From assembly GCA_031370645.1 (NCBI GenBank), contig JANMQV010000089.1, positions 1 to 47,238 of the forward strand: 47,238 nt of DNA. The letters run 5' to 3'. A program made the translations under genes and the position numbers. The DNA is from Candidatus Eiseniibacteriota bacterium. GTDB taxonomy: Bacteria; Eisenbacteria; RBG-16-71-46; SZUA-252. Under the pieces are notes generated by a model, which did not search any database, was not told where the DNA came from, and saw only the letters and a program-made list of their open reading frames with translations. Of this stretch, positions 17,629 to 29,158 are shown one piece after another (positions within the stretch are counted from its first letter, which is position 1; every line of letters begins with the position of its first letter).

Positions 17629-19662
17629 TTGAGGCGTCCGGCCCGTTTTGCCCGGAGCGCGACGCCCCTCGGGGGTGCTGCGCGCGCGGCGAGCGGCGCC
17701 GTCGTTTTTGCCTTCGCGTTCGTTGCCCTCCTCGCGCTTCGCCCTCCGCCCGCCACGGCGCAACTGCAGATGGAGGGGGAAGTGGAGCCGAGCGTCCATC
17801 GCCTCGAGATCCTCGGGAATCAGGCCTACTCGGACGGCACGCTCAAGTCGATCATCCGGACTCGTTCCAAGTCGTTCTTCCGTCCCTGGCGCTCGGCGCC
17901 GCTCCGATCCGACTTTCTTCGCTTCGACCGCCTGGCGCTCCGCGATTTCTACCGGCGCCACGGATTCCTCAGCGCCGACGTGGAGAGCGTCGAGATCGTC
18001 CATCGCAGCGCGTCCCGCGTCGATGTGCGAATCCGAATCGCGGAGGGACCTCACGCGCGCGTCGACGCGATCGACTTCGACGGTCCGACGGCCGACGACG
18101 AGCAACTGATCCGATCGGTCATCCCGCTCACGGCGGGTGGGCTTTTCGATTATCCCGCCGTCGACGCGAGTCGCGGGGCGATCGACAGCATCTACGCCGA
18201 GCGCGGCCACGTCGCCGTGGCCATCCGCGACTCGATCGAGGTGTCAGGGGACAACGTTCGCGTCCGCTTCACCGTCGACCCGGGGCCCGCGGCGCTCCTC
18301 CGCCGCATCGAGGTCGAGGGGAATCGCTCCACGAAGCCGGTGTTCGTCTCGCAGGAGGTGGTGATTCGTCCCGGCGACGTGCTCGCGCGCTCAAGGCTTC
18401 TGCGGAGCCAGCAGCGAATCTACGATTCCGGTCTCTACGGCGACGTGCAGTTCTCCACCGGCGAAATCGACGCCGCCACGCGTCAGACGAATCTGATCGT
18501 GAGCGTCCGGGAGCGGCATCTCGGCTGGGTGGATGCCGGCGTCGGCTACAGCGTGAGCAACGTGCGACAGGCGCGGCTCACGGGGCAGTTGGGGCAGCGG
18601 AATCTGTTCCGGGACGGCGTTCGTTTCGTGGCGACGGGGCGGCTAGGGGTCGTGACAAGAACGAAACCCCGATTCCCCTACGTGAAGGACCTCCTGCTCG
18701 GCGATCGACGTGCCGACGTCTCGCTCACGCGGAACTGGCTCTTCGGCTACCGCGTGCAGGGGACCATCGGGGTCTACGCCGACGACGCGCCGCGACTGGT
18801 GACGAAGACGGCGAACCCGCTCCGCGCCATCGGAGCCACGGCCGGATTGCGGTACGAGTTGAGCCGCTGGACCAGCGTCTCGCTCCTCTACGAGGCGCGC
18901 CGCGTGAACTCCGACTCCACGCAGTTCCTCGAAGCGGTCGGGACGCCGCAGAGCAAGTACACGAAGAACAGCGTCGTCGCCACAATCCAACGCGACACCC
19001 GTCTCGATCTCTTCGATCCGCGGAACGGAAGCGTGGCGACCGCCAACGCGGAATTCGTCGGCGGCGTCTTGAGCGGGAACTCGCAATTCCTGAAGCTGAC
19101 GGGCACCGCGACGGCGTATCGCCCCTGGCACCGGCGCCTCACGATCGCGCTCCGGGCTCGCGGCGGGATCATCGCCTCGGGGAGTCAGGGCGCGGCCGAC
19201 ACGCTCAACCTGGCCGACCTCGACCTCATCCCCAAGGACGACCGGTTCCGAACGGGTGGCGCCACTACCGTGCGCGGCTACCAGGAAAACGAGATCGGCA
19301 CCATCGTGGCCGACTCCGCGGGGGTCTTCGTCGATCAAGTGCGCGGCGGGACCTACCTCCTTCTCGTGAACGCGGAGATCCGGGCGCGCCTGGTCGGTTT
19401 CCTGGGCGCCGCCGCCTTCCTGGACGGAGGCGGCGTTTGGGAACAGGCATCCGATCTTTTTTGGAGGAGAATCTTCTCGTTATCGAACGGAGCGGGGTAT
19501 AAGGACATGAGGTGGGTTGTGGGACTTGGCGTGCGATTCGCCACGCCGGTCGGACCGGTCCGCCTCGATTACGGTTGGAAGTTGCGACTCGCACGCTCCG
19601 ACGAGCCCGACGCGGTCACGGGGCGCGGCGGATTCGCCTTCAGCCTGGGACAAGCGTACTAG
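17629..19662 (+). CDS. Omp85 family outer-membrane protein, TamA-like (about 3 POTRA domains)
   Basis: Signal-peptide-like N-terminus, three POTRA-like starts (LEILGN, IDFDG, IEVEGN), GGATTVRGY loop-6 motif, TPVGPVRLDYG and C-terminal FAFSLGQAY. Directly upstream of a TamB-like gene. Start uncertain. Confidence 0.85.
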   Translation: MRRPARFARSATPLGGAARAASGAVVFAFAFVALLALRPPPATAQLQMEGEVEPSVHRLEILGNQAYSDGTLKSIIRTRSKSFFRPWRSAPLRSDFLRFDRLALRDFYRRHGFLSADVESVEIVHRSASRVDVRIRIAEGPHARVDAIDFDGPTADDEQLIRSVIPLTAGGLFDYPAVDASRGAIDSIYAERGHVAVAIRDSIEVSGDNVRVRFTVDPGPAALLRRIEVEGNRSTKPVFVSQEVVIRPGDVLARSRLLRSQQRIYDSGLYGDVQFSTGEIDAATRQTNLIVSVRERHLGWVDAGVGYSVSNVRQARLTGQLGQRNLFRDGVRFVATGRLGVVTRTKPRFPYVKDLLLGDRRADVSLTRNWLFGYRVQGTIGVYADDAPRLVTKTANPLRAIGATAGLRYELSRWTSVSLLYEARRVNSDSTQFLEAVGTPQSKYTKNSVVATIQRDTRLDLFDPRNGSVATANAEFVGGVLSGNSQFLKLTGTATAYRPWHRRLTIALRARGGIIASGSQGAADTLNLADLDLIPKDDRFRTGGATTVRGYQENEIGTIVADSAGVFVDQVRGGTYLLLVNAEIRARLVGFLGAAAFLDGGGVWEQASDLFWRRIFSLSNGAGYKDMRWVVGLGVRFATPVGPVRLDYGWKLRLARSDEPDAVTGRGGFAFSLGQAY

Positions 19663-19714
19663 TTTCCCCGATCTCAGGGACGAAAGGACCCGCGGAATCC
19701 TGCGGGCGGTCACG

Positions 19715-22700
19715 ATGAGCGAGCGGAATCCACGGGACGAGAAGCCGAGCGACGAACGGCTCCGGCGCGCGAATCGAAGCGTCTGGGGAATTGTCGCCGG
19801 CGTGATCATGCTTGCGATCCTCCTCGTGCTCGGTGGAGGCGTGGGGGTTCTCACGAATCTCTTCGCGTCGGGCGACGCGGGGCTCTCGCGCCGCGTCCTC
19901 ACGGTGCTGAACGGGGCCCTCGGATCCGATTCGACTCGCTTCGCCGTCGACGGTCTCCACGGCACGCTCTTTCGCGGCGCGGTCCTCGAGCATCCCCGTC
20001 TCATCGTTCGATCCGACGGGCACGACGTCACCTGGGCCACCGCCGCGCGCGCGCGCGTCGACTATGATCTGTGGAGCATCCTCGTCCATTCCCGCCGCGA
20101 CCTAACCGTCACGCTCGACTCGCTCCAGGTGGTGCTCGCGCGCGACTCCCTCCGCGCCTTCATCATGCCGCGATTCCGAAAAGGGCCGGGGAAGCCCGGC
20201 TCGAGCGAGACGCGGATCCATCTCACGCTCCGCGGCGCTTCGCTCCAATTCGTGGAGGAGGGAGTCTCTCTCGAGAAGTTGACCGGCACGGGAGTCGTGA
20301 CGCTGGGCGCCGCGGGCTCGAGCGTGCTGGTGGAGCGCCTCGCCGGCGAAGCGCACGGAGGCCACGCGACGGCGCCGGTCCGCCTGAACGGCATGGTCGT
20401 CTTCCGAGATTCCAATTGGCGCCTCGACCCGGTTCGCCTGGAGTTCGCGCGGACTCGCCTCGTCGGAAGCGGCGACTGGGATCCTCGCGCCTCCAGACTT
20501 CGTGAAGGCGCCGTACATCTCGACCCGCTCATCCTGGGGGAACTCCTTCCGCTCTTCGACGTGGCCGGAGTCGACGGCACGGTCCGCGGCGATCTCGACC
20601 TCGCCGGTCGTCCGGAGGACGGCGCCGTTTCCGGCTGCCTGAGCGGCGAAATCGGAGGGGAGAAAATCGACACCCTTCTGGTCCGGGCGCGTCTGAAGCG
20701 CGAGGGGGTCCTCATCGACCATCTCGAGACGAAACTCCATGGGGCCGCGGTTACCGGTCGGGGGCGAATCGAGCCGAACGGCACGCTCGACGCCACACTC
20801 GCCTTCCGCGGCGCGAATCCCGCGTCGCTTCCGTGGTGGGACGCCCCGGCCGGGATGCCGGATGGCTCGCTGGCGGGCGAAGCGAAGCTGCACCTCTCGC
20901 GGGGTCGCCCCCGCCCGTCGGTCCGGATCGCGGCCACGCTCGGATCCGGGAAGATCGGGCGGCTACCGATCGATCGCGCGACATTCCTCGTTCACGCGCC
21001 GCCCGAAGGTGGAATCCTCCTCGACAGCCTCACGCTCGATTCTCCGGGCGGCCGCGTCATGGGGAGGGGATCCATCGACCGCGCCGGAGCGCTCGCCGCG
21101 ACGGCCACCGCCTCGGTCGCCGATCTCGGCCGCATGGGGGGACTCCTCGCGCCGATGACGCCGCGCGAGGGGAAGGGGCGCGCCACGGCGACGTTCGGCG
21201 GAACGACGAAATCGCCGACGCTCGAGATTCGGGGCGCCTTTTCGCGGACGCGCTTCGAGAGCGGGCTTCGCGCGGAGAGTCTTGCGGTCGCGGCGTCCGG
21301 ATCGCTCGCGCCGACGCTCGATCTTCGCGGCACGTTCCGAGTCGCGGGGCTCGCCGCCAAGGAGCGCGCGCTTGGAAACGTGTTCGCCACCTTCGCGGGT
21401 GGCCGCGAGATGCGGATCGACCGGTTCCAGCAGAGCGCCGGCGACACGACACTCACCATGCGAGGCGTCCTCAACTTCGAAGCGGGGGGTGTCCGCGCGC
21501 GCGTCGATTCGCTGCAACTCGTGGCGGGCCTGCTTCGGGCCGCCGCGAAGGAACCGGTTCACGTCACGATTGCGAAGGGCCGCCTGCGCGCCTCTCCCCT
21601 CGTCTTCGACCTGGAACCGGGGCGGCTCGAGGCCGATCTTGATTGGGACATCTCTGCGGGTCGGATCGACACGCGCGGTTCGCTTTCCGGGCTCGACCTG
21701 GCGCGCCTTGGAGGCTCCGCGTCGGGACGCGACGCGAGAGGAACGATTCGCGCCCAATTCCTCGCGTCGGGGCCCGTGGCCGATCCCGACGTGACGATCC
21801 GGGGCACCATCGCCTCGCCCCACTTCAGGAATCTGGCGGCCGATTCGATTCAAGCGAGGCTCGAATACGCCCCGGGCGTCCTCTCCATCGAATCGCTCCG
21901 CTGGGACGTGGACGCGACGTCGGCCGATTTGCGCGGCACGGTTCGAACGAAATTCACGCTCGAGTCATGGCTTCGAGCGATCTCCCATGGCGATCGGGGC
22001 TGGACCGGCGACGCGGCCCTCGCGTTGGAAGCCGCGGCCGATTCCTTCAACCTTGCTTCGATCGCGCCGGTCGACTCCACGCTCCGCACGCTTCGAGGCG
22101 CGGCGAGTTTCCGGGCGCGAATCGGCGGGACGGTGGCGGCCCCGACACTCTCGGTAGTCGGCCGCGTTCCCGGATTTGGATTCCACACGCTGGCCGGGGA
22201 CGTGGCGTCGCTCGAAGGGTCATACCGAGAGCGCCGTCTCACGCTCGAGCGACTCGAATTTCGCCAGGGCTCGGGTGCGATGAACGTGTCGGGGGAAATT
22301 CCCCTCGACCTCTCGCCCTTCGCCTCGAAGCGCCTCCTGCGCGAAGCGCCGCTCCGGCTTTCGATTCGCGCGAACGACACCGATTTTTCGACCATCACCG
22401 CCTTGAGCAGCGTCGTCGCGACGAGTTCGGGCCGAGTGAGCGGCGACGCCGAAGTGACGGGAACCCCGGCGCACCCGCGCTGGAGCGGTTCGGTTCGGCT
22501 TCGGGACGGGAAACTCCGGTTCGCCGGACGCTACGAAGTGCTGGAGGCGATCTCCGTTGACGGCACGTTCGACGAAGAGCGGCTCACGCTCGCGAAGATC
22601 GAGGCGCGCGAAGGAAAGCGAGGGCGGGTGACCGGCGCCGGATCATGGCGCTGGTCCGGCGCGTCGCAGACGCTTCCTCCCGGTTCGGTCGGCCCTCCGG

Positions 22701-23725
22701 GCGAGTACAGCGTGAATCTCAAGGCGACCGACTGCGTGGTGACCGATCGCGAGTACTACCTCTTCCAGTTCAGCGGCGCCTTCGTCGTCGTGAACGGCAG
22801 GACCCCCACCGGTGTTGTGAAGCCGCGCATCACGGGGAGCGGCTCGGTTTCCCGGGGTGAACTGGCGGTCAATCTCGCGGCCCCCGTGGGCGAACCGCCG
22901 CCGGCCCTACCGTTCCTCTACGACGTGACGGCCGACTTTCCACGCCAATTCAAGTACAAGCAGCTCGACACCGAAGTCGATCTCGCCGGTACGCTGCAGC
23001 TTCGAAACGAAGGCGAAGGGGACATCGCGCTCGGCGTGTTGACGGTGAAGGGTGGTCAGTTCTACTTCCTGACCCGCAAGTTCTCGAATCTCACCGGCGA
23101 GGTGAACTTCAACAATCCCGACCGGCTCGATCCCTTCGTCTCGATCGACGCGGAGACGCGAGTGCGACGCAGGAGCCCCGCGGGAGTCGCCGAAACCTCC
23201 GACGATCACACCATCAACCTCGCGGTTACCGGGCGCTCGAGCCAGCTTCAGATCCGCCCCTGGGACACCGAAGGGACCGGCCCCAGCGATCTCTGGCGGG
23301 AACTATCCGTGGGGCAGTTCTCCTCGCCGGATCAGGCGGAGAGCGGCGCCGGCGCCGATCCACTATCGGGCATCAGCCGTCTACCGGTCCGCGACTATCT
23401 CTTCCGGAACGCCGAGCGGTGGATCGCAGGATCCGGGTTCATCGACACGATCGATCTCCGCTCGGGGAGCCGGACGCGAGCGAACGAAAGGTCCGTCGCG
23501 GGCCCGATCGATCTCGGCACCGTGGGGGTGGGGAAGTTCGTGACGAACGACCTCTTCCTCAAGTATTCTCAGGACTTCTCGGGCCAGTCCGAACAGCAGA
23601 TCACCGCCGAGTACCGCGTGACGCGGCACCTTCTGCTCCGCGGCCAACAAATCCTGGGCCGGCAGTCGAGCAGCCAATCCGAACAGGAATTCAACCTCGA
23701 CCTCAAGATTCGCGTGGAGTACTGA
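19715..23725 (+). CDS. tamB: Translocation and assembly module TamB-like protein
   Basis: N-terminal TM anchor, a long run of amphipathic beta-strand repeats, and a DUF490-like C-terminus (VGVGKFVTNDLFLKY...FNLDLKIRVEY). Start ATG 19715. Confidence 0.82.
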   Translation: MSERNPRDEKPSDERLRRANRSVWGIVAGVIMLAILLVLGGGVGVLTNLFASGDAGLSRRVLTVLNGALGSDSTRFAVDGLHGTLFRGAVLEHPRLIVRSDGHDVTWATAARARVDYDLWSILVHSRRDLTVTLDSLQVVLARDSLRAFIMPRFRKGPGKPGSSETRIHLTLRGASLQFVEEGVSLEKLTGTGVVTLGAAGSSVLVERLAGEAHGGHATAPVRLNGMVVFRDSNWRLDPVRLEFARTRLVGSGDWDPRASRLREGAVHLDPLILGELLPLFDVAGVDGTVRGDLDLAGRPEDGAVSGCLSGEIGGEKIDTLLVRARLKREGVLIDHLETKLHGAAVTGRGRIEPNGTLDATLAFRGANPASLPWWDAPAGMPDGSLAGEAKLHLSRGRPRPSVRIAATLGSGKIGRLPIDRATFLVHAPPEGGILLDSLTLDSPGGRVMGRGSIDRAGALAATATASVADLGRMGGLLAPMTPREGKGRATATFGGTTKSPTLEIRGAFSRTRFESGLRAESLAVAASGSLAPTLDLRGTFRVAGLAAKERALGNVFATFAGGREMRIDRFQQSAGDTTLTMRGVLNFEAGGVRARVDSLQLVAGLLRAAAKEPVHVTIAKGRLRASPLVFDLEPGRLEADLDWDISAGRIDTRGSLSGLDLARLGGSASGRDARGTIRAQFLASGPVADPDVTIRGTIASPHFRNLAADSIQARLEYAPGVLSIESLRWDVDATSADLRGTVRTKFTLESWLRAISHGDRGWTGDAALALEAAADSFNLASIAPVDSTLRTLRGAASFRARIGGTVAAPTLSVVGRVPGFGFHTLAGDVASLEGSYRERRLTLERLEFRQGSGAMNVSGEIPLDLSPFASKRLLREAPLRLSIRANDTDFSTITALSSVVATSSGRVSGDAEVTGTPAHPRWSGSVRLRDGKLRFAGRYEVLEAISVDGTFDEERLTLAKIEAREGKRGRVTGAGSWRWSGASQTLPPGSVGPPGEYSVNLKATDCVVTDREYYLFQFSGAFVVVNGRTPTGVVKPRITGSGSVSRGELAVNLAAPVGEPPPALPFLYDVTADFPRQFKYKQLDTEVDLAGTLQLRNEGEGDIALGVLTVKGGQFYFLTRKFSNLTGEVNFNNPDRLDPFVSIDAETRVRRRSPAGVAETSDDHTINLAVTGRSSQLQIRPWDTEGTGPSDLWRELSVGQFSSPDQAESGAGADPLSGISRLPVRDYLFRNAERWIAGSGFIDTIDLRSGSRTRANERSVAGPIDLGTVGVGKFVTNDLFLKYSQDFSGQSEQQITAEYRVTRHLLLRGQQILGRQSSSQSEQEFNLDLKIRVEY

Positions 23726-23732
23726 GCGTTCG

Positions 23733-25904
23733 GTGGAATTGAACGACGTCCAGCGCCAAGCCGTGGAGCACCCCGGCGGCCCTCTCCTCGTCCTCGCCGG
23801 CGCCGGGAGCGGGAAGACGCGCGTCCTGACGGGCCGCATCGCCCACCTCGTCAAGGAGCGCGGCGTTCCCGCGTGGGGCATTCTCGCCTTCACCTTTACG
23901 AACAAGGCCGCCCGCGAGATGAAGGAGCGGGCCGTCCGCCTGCTCGGAACCGACGAGAAGGATCTCGGCGTCTGGCTTGGCACCTTTCACGGCACCTGTG
24001 TCCGCATCCTCCGCCGCCACGCCGAACTCCTCGGATTTCCGAAAGCGTTTGTCATCTACGACACCGACGACCAGCGTTCGCTGTTGAAGGAGCTCCTTCG
24101 CGCGATCGGCGCCGATGACCGCCGGCTCACGCCCGCGGGGGCGGGCTCGCGCATTTCGCGGCTGAAGAACGAGGGAATCACGCCGGAGGCGTTCGAGGCC
24201 CAGGCGTCGGGACCGCTCGATGTCCAATTGGCCGGCGTATACAAGGGGTACGAAAAGGCGCTCCGCGACCGGGCTGCCATGGACTTCGACGATCTCCTGC
24301 TCTACACCGTGCGCCTCTTCGATCTCGATCCGGTCGTGCACCGCCAGTACGCCGACCGGTTCCGCCACGTCTTGGTGGACGAATATCAGGACACGAACTC
24401 GATTCAGTTCGACCTGATCGAGCGGCTATCGAGCACGCACCGAAATCTCCTCGTGGTGGGAGACGACGACCAATCGATCTACGGATGGCGCGGCGCCGAC
24501 GTCGGGAACATCCTCTCCTTCGAGGATCGCTATCCCGACGCCACGGTTCTTCGCCTGACGCAGAACTATCGCTCCACGCGCACCATCCTTCGCGCGGCGA
24601 ACCACGTCGTGAAGAACAACGCGGCCCGGAAGGAGAAGGAACTCTGGACGGAGAACGCGGTGGGCGAGCCGCTCGGCCTTCACGTCCTGCCGGACGAGGA
24701 GGCGGAAGGGGAGCGCGTCGTCTCGCTCCTCCTCGAGGAGAAGCGGTTGAAGGGGCGCGCGAATCGCGACTTCGCCGTGCTCTACCGCACGAACGCCCAG
24801 TCGCGATCGGTGGAAAACGCGCTTCGGCGCTCGGCCATCGCCTATCAATTGACGGGCGGCGTCTCGTTCTACGAACGGCGCGAGGTGAAGGATCTTCTCG
24901 CCTACCTCCGCGCGCTTTCGCAGCCGCGCGATACCGTCGCCTGGTACCGCATCGTGAACGTGCCCTCACGCGCGATCGGGAAGACGACCCTCGACCGCTT
25001 CCGCGACTTCGCCGCGGCGGAAGGGCTCCTGGTCCCGGACGCGCTCCGGCATCCGCGGTTGGCGGACGCGGTCGGCGCCGCCGCGGCGAAGAAACTGACC
25101 GAAGTGGGGCGCCTCTTCGAGGGGATGGCACCGCTACTCTCGCTTTCGCCGGCGGCCTGCCTCACGGAACTCGTGGCGAAGATTCGCTACCGCGAATATC
25201 TGCTGGAAGACGATCCGGTCGATGCGGCGGAACGAATCGAGAACGTCGAGGAGTTGATCACCGGCGCCGATGCCTACCAGCGCCGCGCCGAAGAGCCGAC
25301 GGTCGACGGGTTCTTGGCCGAAGTGGCGCTCTTGACCGATGTCGATCTCTGGGAGGACGGGGAGGACACCGTCAATCTCATGACGATCCACTCGGCGAAG
25401 GGACTCGAATTCCCGGTCGTCTTCGTGGTCGGCATGGAGGAGGGACTTCTCCCGCATGCCTCGTCGCTCGATCATCCAAAAGAATTGGAGGAGGAGCGGC
25501 GGCTCTTCTACGTCGCCCTCACGCGGGCGCGGGAGCGTGTCTTCTTGTTGCAGGCGCAATTCCGCCGCGCCTGGAACGCCTCCGGCGGCGGGGCGTCACG
25601 TTTTCTGGGGGAGATCCCGGCCGATTGCCTTACGGTGGAGGAGGCCGATCCCTACGCCTCCACCGCTCGTCCGACACGCCCCGCACGGGCGGCGCACGGG
25701 CCGCGGCTGGTGCGCGACGAGGATCAGGATCAATCGAAGGAGCGAAGCCCGGTCGGGGCCTGGGTGAGTCATCCGCAATTCGGAGAGGGTCAGGTCGTCG
25801 CGTGCGAAGGGCGCGGCGAGCGGGCCAAACTGACGGTCCAATTCCGGCGCGCGGGAACGAAGAAGATTCTCGCCGCCTTCGCGGAGTGGAGCTATGCCGA
25901 TTGA
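23733..25904 (+). CDS. pcrA: ATP-dependent DNA helicase PcrA/UvrD
   Basis: LAGAGSGKT, TFTNKAAREM, VDEYQDTN, VGDDDQSIYGWRGA, QNYRST, TIHSAKGLEF, EEERRLFYVALTRA and a C-terminal Tudor-like HPQFGEG. Confidence 0.96.
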   Translation: MELNDVQRQAVEHPGGPLLVLAGAGSGKTRVLTGRIAHLVKERGVPAWGILAFTFTNKAAREMKERAVRLLGTDEKDLGVWLGTFHGTCVRILRRHAELLGFPKAFVIYDTDDQRSLLKELLRAIGADDRRLTPAGAGSRISRLKNEGITPEAFEAQASGPLDVQLAGVYKGYEKALRDRAAMDFDDLLLYTVRLFDLDPVVHRQYADRFRHVLVDEYQDTNSIQFDLIERLSSTHRNLLVVGDDDQSIYGWRGADVGNILSFEDRYPDATVLRLTQNYRSTRTILRAANHVVKNNAARKEKELWTENAVGEPLGLHVLPDEEAEGERVVSLLLEEKRLKGRANRDFAVLYRTNAQSRSVENALRRSAIAYQLTGGVSFYERREVKDLLAYLRALSQPRDTVAWYRIVNVPSRAIGKTTLDRFRDFAAAEGLLVPDALRHPRLADAVGAAAAKKLTEVGRLFEGMAPLLSLSPAACLTELVAKIRYREYLLEDDPVDAAERIENVEELITGADAYQRRAEEPTVDGFLAEVALLTDVDLWEDGEDTVNLMTIHSAKGLEFPVVFVVGMEEGLLPHASSLDHPKELEEERRLFYVALTRARERVFLLQAQFRRAWNASGGGASRFLGEIPADCLTVEEADPYASTARPTRPARAAHGPRLVRDEDQDQSKERSPVGAWVSHPQFGEGQVVACEGRGERAKLTVQFRRAGTKKILAAFAEWSYAD

Positions 25905-26181
25905 CGTAACGGTCGTCCGGAAAATCGCGGCCCTCGCGCGGCTTCGCATCGAGCCCTCGGAAGAGGAGCGCTACGCGCGCGAGCTCGGCGGGATCCTCGG
26001 CTTCGTGGAGCAACTCCAAGCGCTCGACGTATCCGGCATCGAGCCGACGAGCCAAGTGACCGAGGGAGCCCGCCCGGCGCTTCGTGCCGATGTGGTCTGC
26101 CCTTCCGACGTCCGGGACGAGGCGCTTCAAGGCGCCCCCGAACGGGACGGCGACTACTTCAAGGTTCCGCAGGTCGTATGA
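25894..26181 (+). CDS. gatC: Asp/Glu-tRNA amidotransferase subunit C
   Basis: [14 protein letters not shown] and DYFKVPQV motifs; directly precedes gatA. Confidence 0.94.
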   Translation: MPIDVTVVRKIAALARLRIEPSEEERYARELGGILGFVEQLQALDVSGIEPTSQVTEGARPALRADVVCPSDVRDEALQGAPERDGDYFKVPQVV

Positions 26182-27677
26182 GCACGCCCCTCGTTCTCGA
26201 AAGCGCCGAAGCGCTCGCGACGGCCGTGAAGAAGGGGGAGCGAAGCGCCGCCGACGTCACGCGCGCCTTCCTCGCCCAGGCCGATCGAACGGCGCCGTCG
26301 CTCGGCACCTACCTTCACCGGCTCTCCGATTCGGCGCTCCGCGACGCGGAGGCGATCGACCGCCGCCGCGCGAAGGGGGAGACGCTCGGCGCCCTGGCGG
26401 GAGTGCCGGTCGCGCTCAAGGACAACATCTGCGTCCGCGGCGTGCCGACCACCTGCGGTTCGAAGATTCTCGAAGGGTACCGCCCTCCGTACGACGCGCA
26501 CGTGGTGGAGCGCCTTCGCGCCGCCGACGCGGTGATCGTCGGAAAGACGAACTGCGACGAATTCGCCATGGGCTCCTCCACGGAGAACTCGGCCTTCCAG
26601 GTGACGCGGAATCCCTGGAATCTCGACTGCGTCCCCGGAGGTTCGAGCGGCGGCTCCGCGGCGACGGTGGCGGCGTGCGAAGCGCCCCTCTCGCTCGGAT
26701 CGGATACCGGCGGCTCGGTTCGCCAACCGGCGGCGTTCTGCGGCGTCTACGGGCTCAAGCCGACGTACGGCGCGGTCTCCCGCTACGGGCTCGTCGCGTT
26801 CGCCTCCTCGCTCGACCAGATCGGCCCCTTCGCGAGGAGCGCGCGCGACACGGCGCTCATCCAGAGCGCGATCTGCGGCCGCGACGCTCGCGATACGACG
26901 AGCCGCGGCGACGCCCGGCCGATCTCGCTCGACGCGCTGGAACGCGACCTCACCGGATTCCGCCTCGGCGTGCCGCGTTCCATCCTGGAAGAAGCGGGAG
27001 AGGGGCTCGCCCCTTCGATCCGCGCGGCCTTTGAAGGAGCCATCTCGGCCTACGAGCGGGCGGGCGCGAAGATCGTGGACGTAGCCCTTCCGCACGCGCG
27101 CTACGCCATCGCCACCTATTACCTCATCGCGCCGGCGGAAGCCTCGAGCAACCTCGCGCGCTACGACGGCGTTCGCTACGGCCTGCGCCACCCGGACGGC
27201 GATCTCCGCGAAATGTACGAAGCGACGCGCGGCGCCGGATTCGGGCGCGAAGTGAAACGGCGCATCCTCCTCGGCACCTACGCGCTCTCGTCGGGCTATT
27301 ACGACGCCTACTACCTCCGCGCGCAAAAGGTGCGGACGCTGATTCGGAAGGACTTCCTCGACGCGCTTGCGGTATCGGATTCGCTTCTTCTGCCGATCAC
27401 GCCGACCCCGGCGTTCAAGATCGGCGAGAAGACCGAGGACCCGCTGGCCATGTATCTGAACGACATCTTTTCAATTCCCGCGTCGCTTGCCGGCGTGCCG
27501 GCGCTCTCCTTCCCGGTCTCCTTCGACGCTTCCGGGCTCCCGATCGGCCTCCAATTGGTGGGACGCCCGTTCGACGAGGAGACGATGCTTCGCGTGGCGC
27601 GCGCCTACGAACGCGAGCACGACGCGGCCTCCCGCGCGCCCGCCATCGCCGTTGCCGGCGGGGGAGGGGCGCGATGA
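26178..27677 (+). CDS. gatA: Asp/Glu-tRNA amidotransferase subunit A
   Basis: [40 protein letters not shown] and SSNLARYDG. Confidence 0.97.
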   Translation: MSTPLVLESAEALATAVKKGERSAADVTRAFLAQADRTAPSLGTYLHRLSDSALRDAEAIDRRRAKGETLGALAGVPVALKDNICVRGVPTTCGSKILEGYRPPYDAHVVERLRAADAVIVGKTNCDEFAMGSSTENSAFQVTRNPWNLDCVPGGSSGGSAATVAACEAPLSLGSDTGGSVRQPAAFCGVYGLKPTYGAVSRYGLVAFASSLDQIGPFARSARDTALIQSAICGRDARDTTSRGDARPISLDALERDLTGFRLGVPRSILEEAGEGLAPSIRAAFEGAISAYERAGAKIVDVALPHARYAIATYYLIAPAEASSNLARYDGVRYGLRHPDGDLREMYEATRGAGFGREVKRRILLGTYALSSGYYDAYYLRAQKVRTLIRKDFLDALAVSDSLLLPITPTPAFKIGEKTEDPLAMYLNDIFSIPASLAGVPALSFPVSFDASGLPIGLQLVGRPFDEETMLRVARAYEREHDAASRAPAIAVAGGGGAR

Positions 27678-29158
27678 ACAAGCCGGCCATGGCCACGGAC
27701 GCGATGCGCGCGAAGTACGAGCCGGTGATCGGGCTCGAGGTTCACGCGCAATTGAAGACGAACACGAAGATCTTCTGCCCCTGCGCCACCACCTTCGGCG
27801 CGGCGGCGAATACTCAAGTCTGTCCGGTTTGCCTCGGGCTCCCTGGCGTGCTCCCGGTCCTGAACGAGCGGGCCGTCGAATTCGCCGTCATGACCGGACT
27901 CGCGGTCGGCGCGACGATCCACCCGCGGAGCATCTTCGCGCGAAAGAACTACTTCTACCCGGACCTTCCGAAGGGCTACCAGATCTCCCAGTACGATCGT
28001 CCCCTCTGCGAGGGGGGGGCGGTCGACATCCATGTGGGCGGCGAGAAGAAGCGAATCGGCCTCGTCCGGATCCACCTCGAGGAGGACGCGGGGAAATCGC
28101 TCCATCCGGAAGGCAAGGAAGGGGTCTCCACCACCCGCGTCGATCTCAATCGCGCCGGGGTCCCGTTGATCGAGATCGTGTCGGAGCCCGACATCCGCTC
28201 CGGCGAGGAGGCGTATCACTACCTCACGAAATTGAAGCAAATCGTCGTCTACCTCGATGTCTGCGACGGCAACATGGAGGAGGGGAGCCTCCGCTGCGAC
28301 GCGAACGTCTCGGTCCGTCCGCGCGGCCAGGCCGCCTTCGGCACGAAGACCGAGATCAAGAATCTGAACTCCTTCCGCTACGTGGAGAAGGCGATCGCCT
28401 ACGAAATCGACCGGCAGATCGCGTTGATCGAATCGGGAGGGCGCGTCGTTCAGGAGACGCTCCTCTGGGACTCGGCGCGAAACGTGGCCGAGACGATGAG
28501 GAGCAAGGAAGAGGCGCACGACTACCGCTACTTCCCCGAGCCGGATCTTCTCCCGGTCGATCTCGAAGCGTCGTGGGTGGACGTCCTCCGAAAGACGCTC
28601 CCCGAACTCCCCGACGCGCTTCGCGAGCGTCTGGTGCGGGAGCAGGGCATCCCGGACTACGACGCGGAGGTTCTCACCGAGACCCGGGCGCTCGCCGCTT
28701 ACTACGAGGAAGTCGCCACGCGCTCCGGCCACGCGAAACTTGCCTCGAACTGGATCATGACCGAAGTAAACGCCGTCCGGAACAAGACGGGGGACACGAT
28801 CGAATCGTTCCCGATCCGCGCCGATCGCCTCGGCGATCTCGTGGCGATGGTGGCGAACGGGCGCGTCTCCGGAACCATCGCGAAGAAGGTGTTCGAATTG
28901 ATGCTCACGAGCGCCGACGGTCCCGAAGCGCTCGTCCAGAAGCACGGACTCCTGCCGATCGAGGACGACGCGGCGCTCCGGGATCTGGCGCTGGAGGTAC
29001 TGGCCGCGAACCCCGGACCCGCCGCGGAGTTCCGCGCGGGGAAGGAAAGGACGTTCGCCTTCCTCGTCGGACAGGCCATGAAGCAATCTCGCGGTCGCGC
29101 GCACCCGGAGAAACTCCAGGCGGCGCTCCGCGCCGTGTTGGCGGAGGAGCCGGCATGA
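27674..29158 (+). CDS. gatB: Asp/Glu-tRNA amidotransferase subunit B
   Basis: [44 protein letters not shown] and [10 protein letters not shown]. Confidence 0.97.
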   Translation: MNKPAMATDAMRAKYEPVIGLEVHAQLKTNTKIFCPCATTFGAAANTQVCPVCLGLPGVLPVLNERAVEFAVMTGLAVGATIHPRSIFARKNYFYPDLPKGYQISQYDRPLCEGGAVDIHVGGEKKRIGLVRIHLEEDAGKSLHPEGKEGVSTTRVDLNRAGVPLIEIVSEPDIRSGEEAYHYLTKLKQIVVYLDVCDGNMEEGSLRCDANVSVRPRGQAAFGTKTEIKNLNSFRYVEKAIAYEIDRQIALIESGGRVVQETLLWDSARNVAETMRSKEEAHDYRYFPEPDLLPVDLEASWVDVLRKTLPELPDALRERLVREQGIPDYDAEVLTETRALAAYYEEVATRSGHAKLASNWIMTEVNAVRNKTGDTIESFPIRADRLGDLVAMVANGRVSGTIAKKVFELMLTSADGPEALVQKHGLLPIEDDAALRDLALEVLAANPGPAAEFRAGKERTFAFLVGQAMKQSRGRAHPEKLQAALRAVLAEEPA

